From assembly GCA_963699755.1 (NCBI GenBank), contig CAVOVB010000001.1, positions 1,504,001 to 1,568,000 on the forward strand: DNA of 64,000 nucleotides, read 5' to 3'. The position numbers and the translations under genes were made by a program. Source of the DNA: an uncultured delta proteobacterium (lineage in GTDB: Bacteria > Myxococcota_A > Polyangia > Polyangiales > Houyiibacteriaceae). The notes under the pieces are model-generated. The model made no database searches, had not been told where the DNA came from, and saw only the letters and a program-made list of their open reading frames with translations. Below are positions 1 through 9,689 of this stretch, piece after piece (position 1 is the stretch's first letter; every line of letters begins with the position of its first letter).

Positions 1-73
1 CGGCGGGGCTGGTGAGGAAGAGAGCGGCCAGCAAGGGGCCCAGGAGAGCAGCGACGAACCCGAATCTAAGCAT
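1..73 (-). CDS. 5' end of a probable secreted protein (runs off the window edge), divergent from tatT
   Basis: ATG at 73 reads MLRFGFVAALLGPLLAALFLTSPA, which looks like a signal peptide. Confidence 0.5.
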   Translation of the reverse strand, partial: MLRFGFVAALLGPLLAALFLTSPA

Positions 74-132
74 TTCCCAATGCTGGGGGCCGTCGCCCCC
101 TCCGTCAAGCAATCTGCCCCACACGATCTCGA

Positions 133-162
133 TTGACAGTTTCCCCTAGATTTTCGTACACC
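133..162 (+). promoter_or_regulatory. Candidate sigma70 promoter; mRNA may be leaderless
   Basis: Perfect TTGACA at 133-138, weak -10 (TACACC) at 157-162, ATG at 170 with no obvious SD. Confidence 0.35.
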
Positions 163-169
163 TCGCTCC

Positions 170-1096
170 ATGTACCAAGCTCTCCTGTCTCGCCATCTGC
201 GATCGGCGATCGGCGCGATTTGCATTGTCGTGCTCGGCGGCTGCGACGTCGCCAAGTTCACCGCTGACTCGACGGCGGGCCTGTTCACCCGCGCGGCTCC
301 GGCGTTCGAATCGTACTGGGACTACGATCTGGCAGGCGAGGCGCTTCCGGCGACGGTCGTGCAGTTCGAAGGGATCCTCCGAGTCGTCCCCGACAACGAG
401 GCCATCTTGGCGCAGTTGGCGCAGGCCTATGTCGCCTATGCGTACGGCTGGGTCGAGGCCGAGGTCGAGGAGCTCGAGTTCGAAAGCGAGTACGAAGAAG
501 CCGATGTTCAACGCCGGCGGGCGCGCACGATGTATCTGCGCGCGCTCGACCTCACCCGGCACTGGGTCCGGCTGCACAACCCCGACGTCGACCTTGCCGT
601 CAAGGGAAGTGTCGACGACCTCGAGGCCTGGTTGGAGACGGCGTTCACAGAGAAGGGCGACGCCGAGATGTTGCTCTGGCATGGATACGCCTGGGGTTCG
701 TACATCAATGCGGCCAAGGACGACATGGAGGCCATCGCAGACCTCGAGTACGCAAAGGCCTTCGTCGCCCGCTCCATCGAGCTCGACCCGGACTACTATA
801 ATGCGGCTGGCTACACGTTCATGGGCGTGGCCACCGCGTCCGAGATGGCCGGCGACATGGAACAGGCGAAGGCTTACTTCGAGAAGGCGCTGGCGCGTAC
901 CGAACGGCGTGCGTTGCAGATCCAGCTCAACATGGCTCGCTACTACGCAGTCAAGGAAGGCGACAGAGAGCTGTTCGACAAGCTCCTCTCCGAGGTGATG
1001 GACGCGCAAGACCCGCTTCCCGAAGCGCGACTGGCCAATCGGATGGCCCGCGTGCGCGCTGCCATGTACATCGAGAACGCAGACCAACTTTTTTAG
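170..1096 (+). CDS. TRAP transporter TatT component (TPR-like lipoprotein)
   Basis: Lipobox-like VLGGC, helical TPR-like body, directly upstream of dctQM. Confidence 0.8.
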   Translation: MYQALLSRHLRSAIGAICIVVLGGCDVAKFTADSTAGLFTRAAPAFESYWDYDLAGEALPATVVQFEGILRVVPDNEAILAQLAQAYVAYAYGWVEAEVEELEFESEYEEADVQRRRARTMYLRALDLTRHWVRLHNPDVDLAVKGSVDDLEAWLETAFTEKGDAEMLLWHGYAWGSYINAAKDDMEAIADLEYAKAFVARSIELDPDYYNAAGYTFMGVATASEMAGDMEQAKAYFEKALARTERRALQIQLNMARYYAVKEGDRELFDKLLSEVMDAQDPLPEARLANRMARVRAAMYIENADQLF

Positions 1097-1169
1097 TGAT
1101 TTCGGAGAGTACCGAAGTTATTGTGCGTAGCTCCAGCGTTCCGAACCAAGCGGTTGCGGAGAGGCGAAC

Positions 1170-1847
1170 GTGAAGTACATCCGGCATCTAGACAGAGGGC
1201 TCGCACGCGGCGAGGCGGCGATTGCCGCCGCGGTCCTTCTGCTCATGATCGCGGTTGCGGCTACGCAAGCGGCGCTCCGCAATCTCACAAACCTCGATTT
1301 CGATTGGGCGAACCTCGTGCTCGAGCGCATGGACTGGGCCGACTCTTTCCTGCAGAAGGGGACGCTCTGGCTGGCCTTCTTCGGGGCTTCTCTTTCGACG
1401 TTTGACGAGAAGCACATCGCCATCGACGTGGTTCCGCGGATCTCTCCGCCCCGTGCCAAGCAATTGTTTCGAGCCATCGTTTGCACCTTCTCAGCGGTGA
1501 CGTGTTTCTACCTCGGCCGTGTCTTCTGGCTGTCGGTTCTCAACAATGCGCAGGAGATTCCGCTCGAGTATTCGGTGCTCGGACCCAGCGACGAAATGAT
1601 CCACATCTGCTCGGCGCCTCTTCAGATCTTGGCCGATGCAGGGCTCTCGAGGCCAAATCTGTTCTGCGCCGTAAGGCGCGTGCTCGACGTATTCGGCGTC
1701 GAGATGTCGACGCCGGACGTTGCCCTACAGCTCATCGTTCCCTCGATGTTCATTTTCATGGCCGTGCGATTCTTGAGTCGTGCCATTGCGGCGAGCGTGT
1801 CGTTCATCAGCAATCGCCCACCCGAAGACCGCGAAGGGGAGGGCTGA
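1170..1847 (+). CDS. dctQ: TRAP transporter small permease
   Basis: LWLAFFGASL...HIAIDV motif, about 4 TM segments. Confidence 0.85.
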   Translation: MKYIRHLDRGLARGEAAIAAAVLLLMIAVAATQAALRNLTNLDFDWANLVLERMDWADSFLQKGTLWLAFFGASLSTFDEKHIAIDVVPRISPPRAKQLFRAIVCTFSAVTCFYLGRVFWLSVLNNAQEIPLEYSVLGPSDEMIHICSAPLQILADAGLSRPNLFCAVRRVLDVFGVEMSTPDVALQLIVPSMFIFMAVRFLSRAIAASVSFISNRPPEDREGEG

Positions 1848-1850
1848 GCG

Positions 1851-3329
1851 ATGGACGGGCTTTGGATCATCCTCCTCATCGCGCTGGCCGTTCTCGGCGC
1901 GCCGCTGTTCGCCATCTTTGGTGCGGCCGCGATGCTGCTCTTCGGAGGCCTCGCCGACACGAGCATCACGGGCACGGCCAACGACGTTTTCAGCGAGAAG
2001 TTCGCTGACTCCCCACTTCTGGTGACGATTCCCTTGTTCACTTTCGCGGGCTATCTGCTGGCGGAGAGCGGCACGCCGCATCGTTTGGTCAAGGTCTCTC
2101 GTGCTTGGCTTGGCTGGATGCCTGGTGGCTTGGCGATTGTCTGCCTCGTCGCCTCGGCCTTCTTCACGACTTTCACCGGCGGCAGCGGCATCACGATCGT
2201 CGCCATCGGCGGCCTTCTTTACCCGGCCCTCGTGGCGGACAAGTACGAAGAAAATTTCTCCCTGGGCCTGGTGACGACGGGTGGCTCGCTCGGCCTATTG
2301 TTCCCGCCGAGCGTGCCGATGATCATCTACGGTGTCGTCGCCGGCATCATGATCGAGAAGCTGTTTTTGGCGGGCTTGATCCCCGGCATCATCACCGTCA
2401 TCACGCTCGCGGCGTACAGCTCGGCCGCTGGCATCAAGAAGAAGATGCCACGCACCGGGTTTGATGTTCGGGAGGCGTTCAAGGCTCTCTGGGAGGCCAA
2501 ATGGGAAGCGCTGCTGCCGATTGCGCTGCTCGGCGGCATGTACAGCGGCCTCCTTCGAATCCACGAGGCGGCAGCGTTCACGGCGATTTACACCCTCGTC
2601 ATCGAGGTCTGGATCTACCGCGACGTAAGCTTTCGGGGCGACCTCCCGCGGATCATTCGCGAATCGATGACGCTGGTCGGCGCGATTCTCGCGATCTTGG
2701 CCACGGCGATCGGCTTCACCGCGTTCCTCATTCAGGCGCGCGTCCCGATGGCGATTCTCGACTCGATGGAGGGCTTCATCACCTCCCAGGTGATGTTCCT
2801 GATCGCGTTGAACTTCTTCCTCATCGGCGTCGGCATGTTGATGGATATCTTCTCTGCGATCGTCGTCGTGGTGCCGCTCATCGTGCCGATCGCGCTGAAG
2901 TTCGGCGTCGACCCGTACCACCTCGGCATCGTCTTTCTGCTCAACCTCGAGATCGGCTACATGACGCCGCCCGTGGGCCTGAACCTCTTCATCTCGAGCT
3001 TCCGTTTCAACAAGCCGATTACCCAGCTTTATCGAGCCGTCTTGCCGTTTATCGGGCTCTTGGGCCTCGCTCTGATCATCGTGACCTATGTCCCGTCCCT
3101 ATCGACCTGGCTGCCGAGCTTGGTCGAGACCAACGCGGTGAATCTCCACTCTCGGGACGATGAGATGGGCGACGGTGATGCGTACGATCTGGACTCGCTC
3201 GAAGGCGATGAGGAAGAGTTGAATCTGGACTCGCTCGAAGGCGATGAGGAGGAGCTGGATCTGGACTCGCTCGAAGACGATGAGGAGGAGCTCGACCTCG
3301 ACGCGATCGAGGCAGAGTCTCCTCAGTAG
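1851..3329 (+). CDS. dctM: TRAP transporter large permease with acidic repeat tail
   Basis: IPLFTFAG, GSLGLLFPPS and TPPVGLNLF motifs. Confidence 0.95.
   Translation: MDGLWIILLIALAVLGAPLFAIFGAAAMLLFGGLADTSITGTANDVFSEKFADSPLLVTIPLFTFAGYLLAESGTPHRLVKVSRAWLGWMPGGLAIVCLVASAFFTTFTGGSGITIVAIGGLLYPALVADKYEENFSLGLVTTGGSLGLLFPPSVPMIIYGVVAGIMIEKLFLAGLIPGIITVITLAAYSSAAGIKKKMPRTGFDVREAFKALWEAKWEALLPIALLGGMYSGLLRIHEAAAFTAIYTLVIEVWIYRDVSFRGDLPRIIRESMTLVGAILAILATAIGFTAFLIQARVPMAILDSMEGFITSQVMFLIALNFFLIGVGMLMDIFSAIVVVVPLIVPIALKFGVDPYHLGIVFLLNLEIGYMTPPVGLNLFISSFRFNKPITQLYRAVLPFIGLLGLALIIVTYVPSLSTWLPSLVETNAVNLHSRDDEMGDGDAYDLDSLEGDEEELNLDSLEGDEEELDLDSLEDDEEELDLDAIEAESPQ
3187..3312 (+). repeat. 36-bp coding tandem repeat, about 3.5 copies (LDSLEGDEEELx)
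   Basis: Unit atctggactcgctcgaaggcgatgagga(a/g)gag(t/c)tg. at 3187, 3223, 3259, partial at 3295. Confidence 0.95.
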
Positions 3330-3469
3330 ACGCGGAACCATCAACCGCATCATCGGAGAACGGCTCGCGACGTCCGTGCTCGCGATTGGGCACCCCGCCC
3401 TCCCCACACGAGCGCCTGAGCCGAGCCGTTCGACGCAGGCCCGTGTCGCACTTTTTCCGCGCCCCGATG

Positions 3470-4615
3470 CTACGCGTGGGCGAGCGTAGTGGATGCTTCT
3501 TGGAGCATCGCGAGGCGGTACGCGATGTCGCCGCTGATTTGGCCAGGGGCGCTGGCCAGCGAGTTGACTCGCTCGAGCAATCGGCCGAGGCGGCGTTCCA
3601 AGTCGTCCCGGGTGAGCTCGAGCTTGGTTCGCATCGGCGCGAGCTTTTTGCGGCGCGCGTCGAGGTAGTCATGCTCGCCCGCGGCGCGCCGTTCGCGTTC
3701 GTGCTTGCTGAGCACAGTCGCCGAGTGGACCTCGAGGAGTGGAGAGTCAGCCGAGACGATGGCCGGAAAGGGAGTCGGGCTGTTGATGTCTACGACGCGG
3801 GTGAAGTGCTGAGCCCAGCAGTGGTCTTCGCCGCGGCTGGTGTCGCTGATGCCCACGATCTCGACCTCGGGGTTGCCTAGCTCGCCGCAGAGCTCTTGGA
3901 GGCGCTGAACTTTCACCTCACCGCTGTTGATGCGGTCGAGGGTCGAGTAGTGGACATGGTCGACGCCAAGCGCTTCGCCTGCGACTTCGACCGTCGGTTT
4001 TGGAGAAGCGCTACTCAGGACGATCTCGATGTGAGGGCACTGCGCACGAACCCAGGCGAGGTCCTCGCGATCGATTACCTGATCAGGCTCGTGCCGGTCC
4101 CAGATGCGCCGCGCGAGCTTGCGCAGCACGTCCTCGGAGGTCGTCTGTAGGTGGCGGAGCAGCGTCAGTTGAGGAACGCGCTGGGCCGCGCGAATCGGAT
4201 CAGCGACGAAGTGCCGAAAGCCGCGCTTGCGCAACCAATCAAGCCGCGCCGCGGCCTTGCCCCAGAAGCCGTAGTAGACGCCGGGATAGGCCCAGATCTT
4301 GGCGCTTCGCGCCAAATAGCGCGCTGTGCTTTGTGGATCATCCCAGTCGAAAACGAACTTGCCGCTTTGTCGCCGGCCCTCCATCCGCTCGAAGTGCTCG
4401 GGTCCGTAACCTTGATAGGCGCAAAGCTCCCAGCCCAGAGTCTCACCCAAGTCGCAGCCCAGATGAGTGGTCCTGTCGAGGTCGAGAACCAGGTAGCGGG
4501 TCTGCGGAGTGAGAACCCGCGCGCAGAGCTCGCGAAACGTCGCAACCTCGCCGTGCCGAACCAGACGGTTCACCAGGCGGTTTGGAGATTTCGCGGATGC
4601 AGAGCTCGCTTGCAC
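3470..4615 (-). CDS. HAD-superfamily hydrolase-like protein
   Basis: LDLDRT (DxDxT) motif I, SSAS motif II, GISDT...ED motif IV. Confidence 0.65.
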   Translation of the reverse strand: MQASSASAKSPNRLVNRLVRHGEVATFRELCARVLTPQTRYLVLDLDRTTHLGCDLGETLGWELCAYQGYGPEHFERMEGRRQSGKFVFDWDDPQSTARYLARSAKIWAYPGVYYGFWGKAAARLDWLRKRGFRHFVADPIRAAQRVPQLTLLRHLQTTSEDVLRKLARRIWDRHEPDQVIDREDLAWVRAQCPHIEIVLSSASPKPTVEVAGEALGVDHVHYSTLDRINSGEVKVQRLQELCGELGNPEVEIVGISDTSRGEDHCWAQHFTRVVDINSPTPFPAIVSADSPLLEVHSATVLSKHERERRAAGEHDYLDARRKKLAPMRTKLELTRDDLERRLGRLLERVNSLASAPGQISGDIAYRLAMLQEASTTLAHA

Positions 4616-4755
4616 GCCATCAATCTAGGACCTCGATCGCCATCCGTTTGTAAAACTTAGGTCACATCGGCTAGATCTCCGGCAGGTCTCAGACGTCCAT
4701 CCATGTGTGACCGTTCGAACAACCAGCTTCTGCGCATCGATGATCGGAGCTCTTC

Positions 4756-5358
4756 ATGAGCGCCTCGTCGGACGAGGAGCTTCTGTGCGCGTATCGGGAC
4801 GGTGATATGGAGGCGTTCAAGACGCTCTTTGGCCGGTATCGAGGACCGCTCTTCAACTTCCTCCTGCGCCGCGTCCGCGATCGCGGACGAGCCGAGGAGA
4901 TTTACCAGGACACATGGTCCAAGGTGATCGAGCGCTGCGCGGAGTTTCGCGGCGACGCGAAGTTCTCGACCTGGCTGTACACGATTGCTCGGAACGCCTG
5001 CGTCGACCATCAGCGGAAGATGAAATTCCGCCGGCACGCGTCGCTAGACGAAGCCCAGGGGAGCGCGAGTCGGCCAATGGTCGAGCGCCTGGCCAATCCG
5101 GGGCTTGCGCCGGACCAGCTTGCGCTTGGCGAGGCGCTCAGGGAACGAATCGCACGCGCGGTGGAGGAGCTGCCGGAGGAGCAACGCGAGGTATTCTTGC
5201 TGCGGCAGCTACAGGGCCTCGGCTTCAAGGAGGTGGCCGAGGTGCTCGGTGTGCCGGTGAACACGGTGAAGAGCCGAATGCGTTACGCTCTGGAGCGACT
5301 TCAGCTGGGGCTCGGTGATTTGCGCGAGCGGCCCGCGAAGGGAGCCGAACAGGCATGA
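4756..5358 (+). CDS. ECF RNA polymerase sigma-70 factor
   Basis: FSTWLYTIARN (region 2) and EVAEVLGVPVNTVKSRMRYA (region 4). Confidence 0.95.
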   Translation: MSASSDEELLCAYRDGDMEAFKTLFGRYRGPLFNFLLRRVRDRGRAEEIYQDTWSKVIERCAEFRGDAKFSTWLYTIARNACVDHQRKMKFRRHASLDEAQGSASRPMVERLANPGLAPDQLALGEALRERIARAVEELPEEQREVFLLRQLQGLGFKEVAEVLGVPVNTVKSRMRYALERLQLGLGDLRERPAKGAEQA

Positions 5359-6365
5359 GCTGTAAGGACTGCAAGGAACGGGTTTTTGAGCTAATCGAGC
5401 GCGAGGCGGACGATCCCGAAGGCGTGCGTGCAATCCTTGCGGACTGCCCCGACTGTCGCGCCGAGTTCGAACAGATGAAGGCTGCTTTGGCGCTCGCCGA
5501 ACAGTTGCCGATCGAGGAGCCCGGAGCGGAGATCGATGCGGCGATTCTCAGCGAGGCAGAGCTGCGCATCGGGACCGCCGCCCCCGCCTCGGCGCCTGGG
5601 GCTGGGCGGGACGCCAAGGTGATTCCCTTCCGCAAGAGAATCCTCAAGGCCCCGCCATGGGCGATGGCTGCCGTGGCCTTGCTTGCCGTTGGCGTGGGCG
5701 TCTGGTCGATCCCGCGAGCGGTCCGGCTCGAGTCCGATGCGGATCGGCCGATGGTCGAGGCCAAGGGGAGCAGTCAGATCGCCGAGGCCGCTCGCGATGA
5801 GCATCTGGCTGAATCAGCGGCGCCCGAAGAGATCAACGTCGCTGCGATGGATGACATCTCCGAGGCCGGGCCGGCTGTGACCCTGGAAGCGGCCAGGGGT
5901 GCGAGTAGGCCGTCACCGCGCGCGAAGAAACAACGCGCCGCCCTGGCAAAACGATCTGCCGCTGAGGCGGACGCGGAGGATCTAGCGATGCCGCGCTCGG
6001 CGGCTCCGGTCGTCGACAGGGCTCCGGCCGTGGCCAAAGAGGAGGGGCCGGCCGCGCGCTCGGCCGAGGGGGGGGCGGCGGTCGCTGCGGATGCAGAAGC
6101 TGCCTTTGGTGCCTTAGAGCCCGAAGACAGGGATTCAAAGAGCGAAGAGGCTTCGAGCTGCATGGCCAAGGTCACTGCGTTCGAGCGGCGGCTCCGCGAT
6201 GAAAAAGACTACGCGCCCGAGCCGGAGGAAGAGCTCGCGATCGGGCGGTGCTATCGGATCCTCGGCGACACGGGCCAAGCGCGCAGCTGGCTGAAGCGCG
6301 CGGCCGGCCACCCGGAAACCAGGCGCCGCGCTCGAGAGGCGCTTCGAAGCTTGCCTCCGAAGTAG
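5355..6365 (+). CDS. Membrane anti-sigma factor (zinc-finger N-terminus, TM segment, TPR-like C-terminus)
   Basis: CKDC...CPDC, a single TM, ATGA overlap with the sigma gene. Confidence 0.75.
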   Translation: MSCKDCKERVFELIEREADDPEGVRAILADCPDCRAEFEQMKAALALAEQLPIEEPGAEIDAAILSEAELRIGTAAPASAPGAGRDAKVIPFRKRILKAPPWAMAAVALLAVGVGVWSIPRAVRLESDADRPMVEAKGSSQIAEAARDEHLAESAAPEEINVAAMDDISEAGPAVTLEAARGASRPSPRAKKQRAALAKRSAAEADAEDLAMPRSAAPVVDRAPAVAKEEGPAARSAEGGAAVAADAEAAFGALEPEDRDSKSEEASSCMAKVTAFERRLRDEKDYAPEPEEELAIGRCYRILGDTGQARSWLKRAAGHPETRRRAREALRSLPPK

Positions 6366-6394
6366 AGGCGGGTGGTTTCTTTGCCCATGGCGAA

Positions 6395-7042
6395 CTAGGG
6401 AGCGAGGCGCTGGATTCGCCAGCCTTCGCCGTCCCGATCGTATTGAAAGCGATCGTGAAGCCGATCGGGCTGACCCTGCCAGAACTCGATCGAGCTCGGC
6501 ACCACGCGGAATCCCCCCCAAAAGGATGGCAGTGGGACTTCTCCATCGGCGAACTTGCGCTTCATTTCATCGAGCTTCATTTCGAGCGCCTTGCGTGAGG
6601 TCAGCACCTGTGATTGCTTCGACACCCAGGCCCCAAGCTGGCTACCTCGGGGACGGCTGATGAAATACTTCGCTGTTTCGGCGCTGGAGACGCGCTCCGC
6701 GATGCCGTTGATCTCGATCTGCCTTCCGAGCTCCCGCCAGAAGAACAGGAGCGCCACTTTGCGATTGTCTTGGATCTCGCTCGCCTTGCGGCTTCCGAGA
6801 TTGGTGAAAAACACGAAACCGTCGCGATCGAAGAACTTCAGGAGGACCGTCCGAGCGCTAGGCGCACCTTTGGCATCGACGGTGGCCAGGGCCATGGCGT
6901 TGGGCTCCACATCGACGTGTTGGATCGCTTCGTCGAGCCATCGTTCGAACTGAACGAAGGGATCGGCGTCGAGATGCTCCCTCTTCAGAGGGCCGCGAAC
7001 ATAGTGGTGTCTCGATTGATGGAGGGAGTCGCGGTCAGTCAC
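6395..7042 (-). CDS. pdxH: Pyridoxamine 5'-phosphate oxidase
   Basis: PNAMALAT, RTVLLK, SRPRGSQLGAW, EFWQGQPDRLHDR; GTG start at 7042 overlaps the upstream stop. Confidence 0.95.
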   Translation of the reverse strand: MTDRDSLHQSRHHYVRGPLKREHLDADPFVQFERWLDEAIQHVDVEPNAMALATVDAKGAPSARTVLLKFFDRDGFVFFTNLGSRKASEIQDNRKVALLFFWRELGRQIEINGIAERVSSAETAKYFISRPRGSQLGAWVSKQSQVLTSRKALEMKLDEMKRKFADGEVPLPSFWGGFRVVPSSIEFWQGQPDRLHDRFQYDRDGEGWRIQRLAP

Positions 7043-8627
7043 GTCGGGTGGCCTCAAAGACGTAGCGTGCCACGTCGTCGATCTGTTCGGGGGTGAGCGT
7101 TTCGCCGAATGGGGGCATGGCACCGACGCCGTTGGTCACAGCCGCTTCGACTTGCTGGACGCTGCGCGCGAGCTCGTCGAGGTTCGGGCCGACAGCACCG
7201 GTCGCTTCGGCGTCGGCGAGCGTGTGGCAGGTTGCACAAGGGGGTGGTGCGGCTTCGGTGAAGACCTTGCGACCTCGCTTGCCCGAGTCGGACAATTGCA
7301 CGGGCTTGCGGGGCCCCTGTGGCGCCTGATCATGCTCGGGGGGCGGCGTGAGGCAGAGCTCGTCGTCGGAGCTGCATACCTGCACCGTGACGCCCATGTC
7401 CCGCCAGCTGTTGTTGCCGTAGCCCCGCTCGTTCTCGTTGCGGAGCTCGGGCTGCACGTCCCCGTCGACGTTCGTTGCGCGGCTGTAGAGCTTGACTGGA
7501 CCGGGGGCCTTCTCGAGCTCGAGCGCGAACAAGCGCCAGGCGTAGCGTCCGAGCTCGGGGCCGACGAAGCGTGCCCGCTGCCAGTGTTTGCCATCGGTCG
7601 ACACCTCGACCTTGGAAACCGCCTTTGTGCCTCCGAAGGCGACACCGGTGACGCGGAGCTTGCCCGCCAACACGGGGGTCTGGTCGGTTGGCATGGTAAT
7701 GAACGACTTGACCGGCATCTCCCACATGGCGGGCTGGTCGGGCGTGCCCTTCTCGCCGATGGGGCGCATTCGGTAGCCGGTCTGTTGGATTTTGGCTGGG
7801 CCTTGCTCTGCGGTGAAGGCGAGGTTCTTCACGAACTTGATCTGGTTGCAGCCAAAATAGCCAGGGACGATCAGTCTCAGAGGTCCCCCGTGGGAGCGCG
7901 GAATCGGCTCGCCGTTCATCTCCCAGGCGAGGAGACAGTCGTCCAGTGCCTTCGCGATTGGAATGGAGCGTTCGACGATCACCTGATTGCGATCGAGGCC
8001 AGCCGGGATGGGCTCGCCACCGGTCGTCGTGAGGTAGCGCATGCCCTTCACTACGCCGCCGAACTGCTCGACGACGGCGCGCAAGGGGACGCCACTCCAG
8101 ATCACACAGCCGGCGGCGCCCACCCCCCAGCGCGAGCCACTCGGGCCGTGCTTGTAGTATTTGCGGCCGTTGCCCGAGCATTGGAGCACGGTGGCAATGG
8201 TCGCGAGTCCGATGCGCTTGAGCGCGTCGACACGAATCTCGCCGGGCTGCTTCACGCCCTCGATGCGCGTGGTCCAGCCGTCGCGGTCGGCGACGAATTC
8301 AGGCGGCGGCAGCGGAAGATTCTGGCGAACGAACAAGACGCTGCTGGCCGTGAGCACGCTGGTGCCAAGCTTCTCGCGTCGGGTTTCGAGCGTGAGCGGG
8401 TTGTCGCCGTGCTTGATGAAGTTCGCCGGGTCTTTGTTGTCGGGGAGCGCTGGTGCCGCGGGCGCCGGCTCAGAAGACGCGTCAGGTGCCGAGGGCTCTT
8501 GTGGCGCCGTCGCCTCGCGGCAAGCGGCCACGGACGTCAGCAAGGCGCTACCGCCAAGGCCCAGTGTGCCGAGGACGAACTGGCGGCGTCCTTCTCGTGG
8601 GGAGTGTTCGTCGTGCGTGCTGGTCAT
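7035..8627 (-). CDS. Tat-exported sulfite oxidase-family molybdoenzyme (SorT-like) fused to a C-terminal cytochrome c
   Basis: GRRQFV Tat motif, LQCSGNGR Mo-ligand Cys, HGGPLRLIVPGYFG, CATCH haem motif. Confidence 0.9.
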   Translation of the reverse strand: MTSTHDEHSPREGRRQFVLGTLGLGGSALLTSVAACREATAPQEPSAPDASSEPAPAAPALPDNKDPANFIKHGDNPLTLETRREKLGTSVLTASSVLFVRQNLPLPPPEFVADRDGWTTRIEGVKQPGEIRVDALKRIGLATIATVLQCSGNGRKYYKHGPSGSRWGVGAAGCVIWSGVPLRAVVEQFGGVVKGMRYLTTTGGEPIPAGLDRNQVIVERSIPIAKALDDCLLAWEMNGEPIPRSHGGPLRLIVPGYFGCNQIKFVKNLAFTAEQGPAKIQQTGYRMRPIGEKGTPDQPAMWEMPVKSFITMPTDQTPVLAGKLRVTGVAFGGTKAVSKVEVSTDGKHWQRARFVGPELGRYAWRLFALELEKAPGPVKLYSRATNVDGDVQPELRNENERGYGNNSWRDMGVTVQVCSSDDELCLTPPPEHDQAPQGPRKPVQLSDSGKRGRKVFTEAAPPPCATCHTLADAEATGAVGPNLDELARSVQQVEAAVTNGVGAMPPFGETLTPEQIDDVARYVFEATRRD

Positions 8628-9688
8628 GATCCATTCTCTGCCCGTGTCGTCGCCGGCCAGGCGCGTTCGAAGCAGCTGGCGAGCTCCTGTGCGGCGGGCT
8701 TGCCGCGTGGGGTGAAGCCGAGGTCGCGCGGTCCGCCGAAGCCAAACCAATTCCAAACATAGAACCCCGAGATGCTCGGGGTCTGCGCGAAGGCGTCGCA
8801 GAAGCTTCGGTAGAGGCGCTGCTGGAGGCGAGCATCGGGTCGCGCGTGAGACCGATCGTCCCATGGCTGGTCGGCCGCGCTGCTTTGGCTGGGGTAGCCG
8901 ATTTCGGTGACTAGGACGGGCTTTCCGACACGCTGTCGAAGCGCATCGATTTTGGCGCGCGGGGCCCCCCATGCGCGGGTCAGCGCCTGATCGGAGGGCG
9001 TCCGGTTCTCGCTCGTGAGCGGGAAGTAGGCGGTCAGGCCGACCTCGTCGAGGGCGTCCCAGAACTCGATGGCCTGGGTTCGGTCCCAGTTGGCCGAATA
9101 GCTGAGCGCTCCCAAAAAATCGCCGCGCAACTCGGAGATCAGGGCGCGCCACTGGTCTTGGTAGGGTTCGAGGGACCCGAGCTCGGAGCCGACGATGAAA
9201 CGCCTGGCGCCGGCGCTTTGCGCGAGGCGGGCGAGCGGCAGAATGAAGCGCCGGTACGATGCGAACCAGGCATCGAGCCCGTCCGCTGGCGCGATGACCC
9301 CGCGCCAATCATACGGGCCTCGCCTCAGCAGGCGGACCACCGGCATCAACGCTGCGCGCATGCCGGCCTGCTGCACCTGGATGAGGGTGCGCGCCACGGT
9401 CGCGTGGCTTGGCGAGCGACCGGGGCTCAGCGCGATGTCCGAGGCAAAGCGGTCCGTCTGGTAGGCGTTGACCACCACGAGCACGTCGGTCGCGCCTCGT
9501 GCGCGAATCTCTTCGATGAGCGGCCCATAGTCCCAGTCTGGATCGGTCGCGAACAAGCCGAGGGCAACGCCACGCACATAAGAGCGATCATCGACGCTCT
9601 GCCTCGATCTGGACGTGCCACGAGCAGCGCCGAACGCGCTTCCCAGAAGCAGGGCGAACGCCAGTGCTGCAAGTGCCGCCCCACGCAC
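8624..9688 (-). CDS. Glycoside hydrolase family 113-like TIM-barrel protein
   Basis: GSEL, YSANWD, AYFPL and KPVLVTEIGYPS motifs; signal peptide; start uncertain (9688 or 9742). Confidence 0.8.
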   Translation of the reverse strand: MRGAALAALAFALLLGSAFGAARGTSRSRQSVDDRSYVRGVALGLFATDPDWDYGPLIEEIRARGATDVLVVVNAYQTDRFASDIALSPGRSPSHATVARTLIQVQQAGMRAALMPVVRLLRRGPYDWRGVIAPADGLDAWFASYRRFILPLARLAQSAGARRFIVGSELGSLEPYQDQWRALISELRGDFLGALSYSANWDRTQAIEFWDALDEVGLTAYFPLTSENRTPSDQALTRAWGAPRAKIDALRQRVGKPVLVTEIGYPSQSSAADQPWDDRSHARPDARLQQRLYRSFCDAFAQTPSISGFYVWNWFGFGGPRDLGFTPRGKPAAQELASCFERAWPATTRAENGS

Positions 9689-9689
9689 T

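Noticed and set aside
3187..3312. 36-bp repeats as a CRISPR array
   Set aside because: Head-to-tail with no spacers, in frame within dctM, and no cas genes in the window
8628..9308. N-terminal extension of the 757-aa sulfite oxidase ORF
   Set aside because: Overlaps the GH113 gene out of frame; the Tat signal begins at 8627
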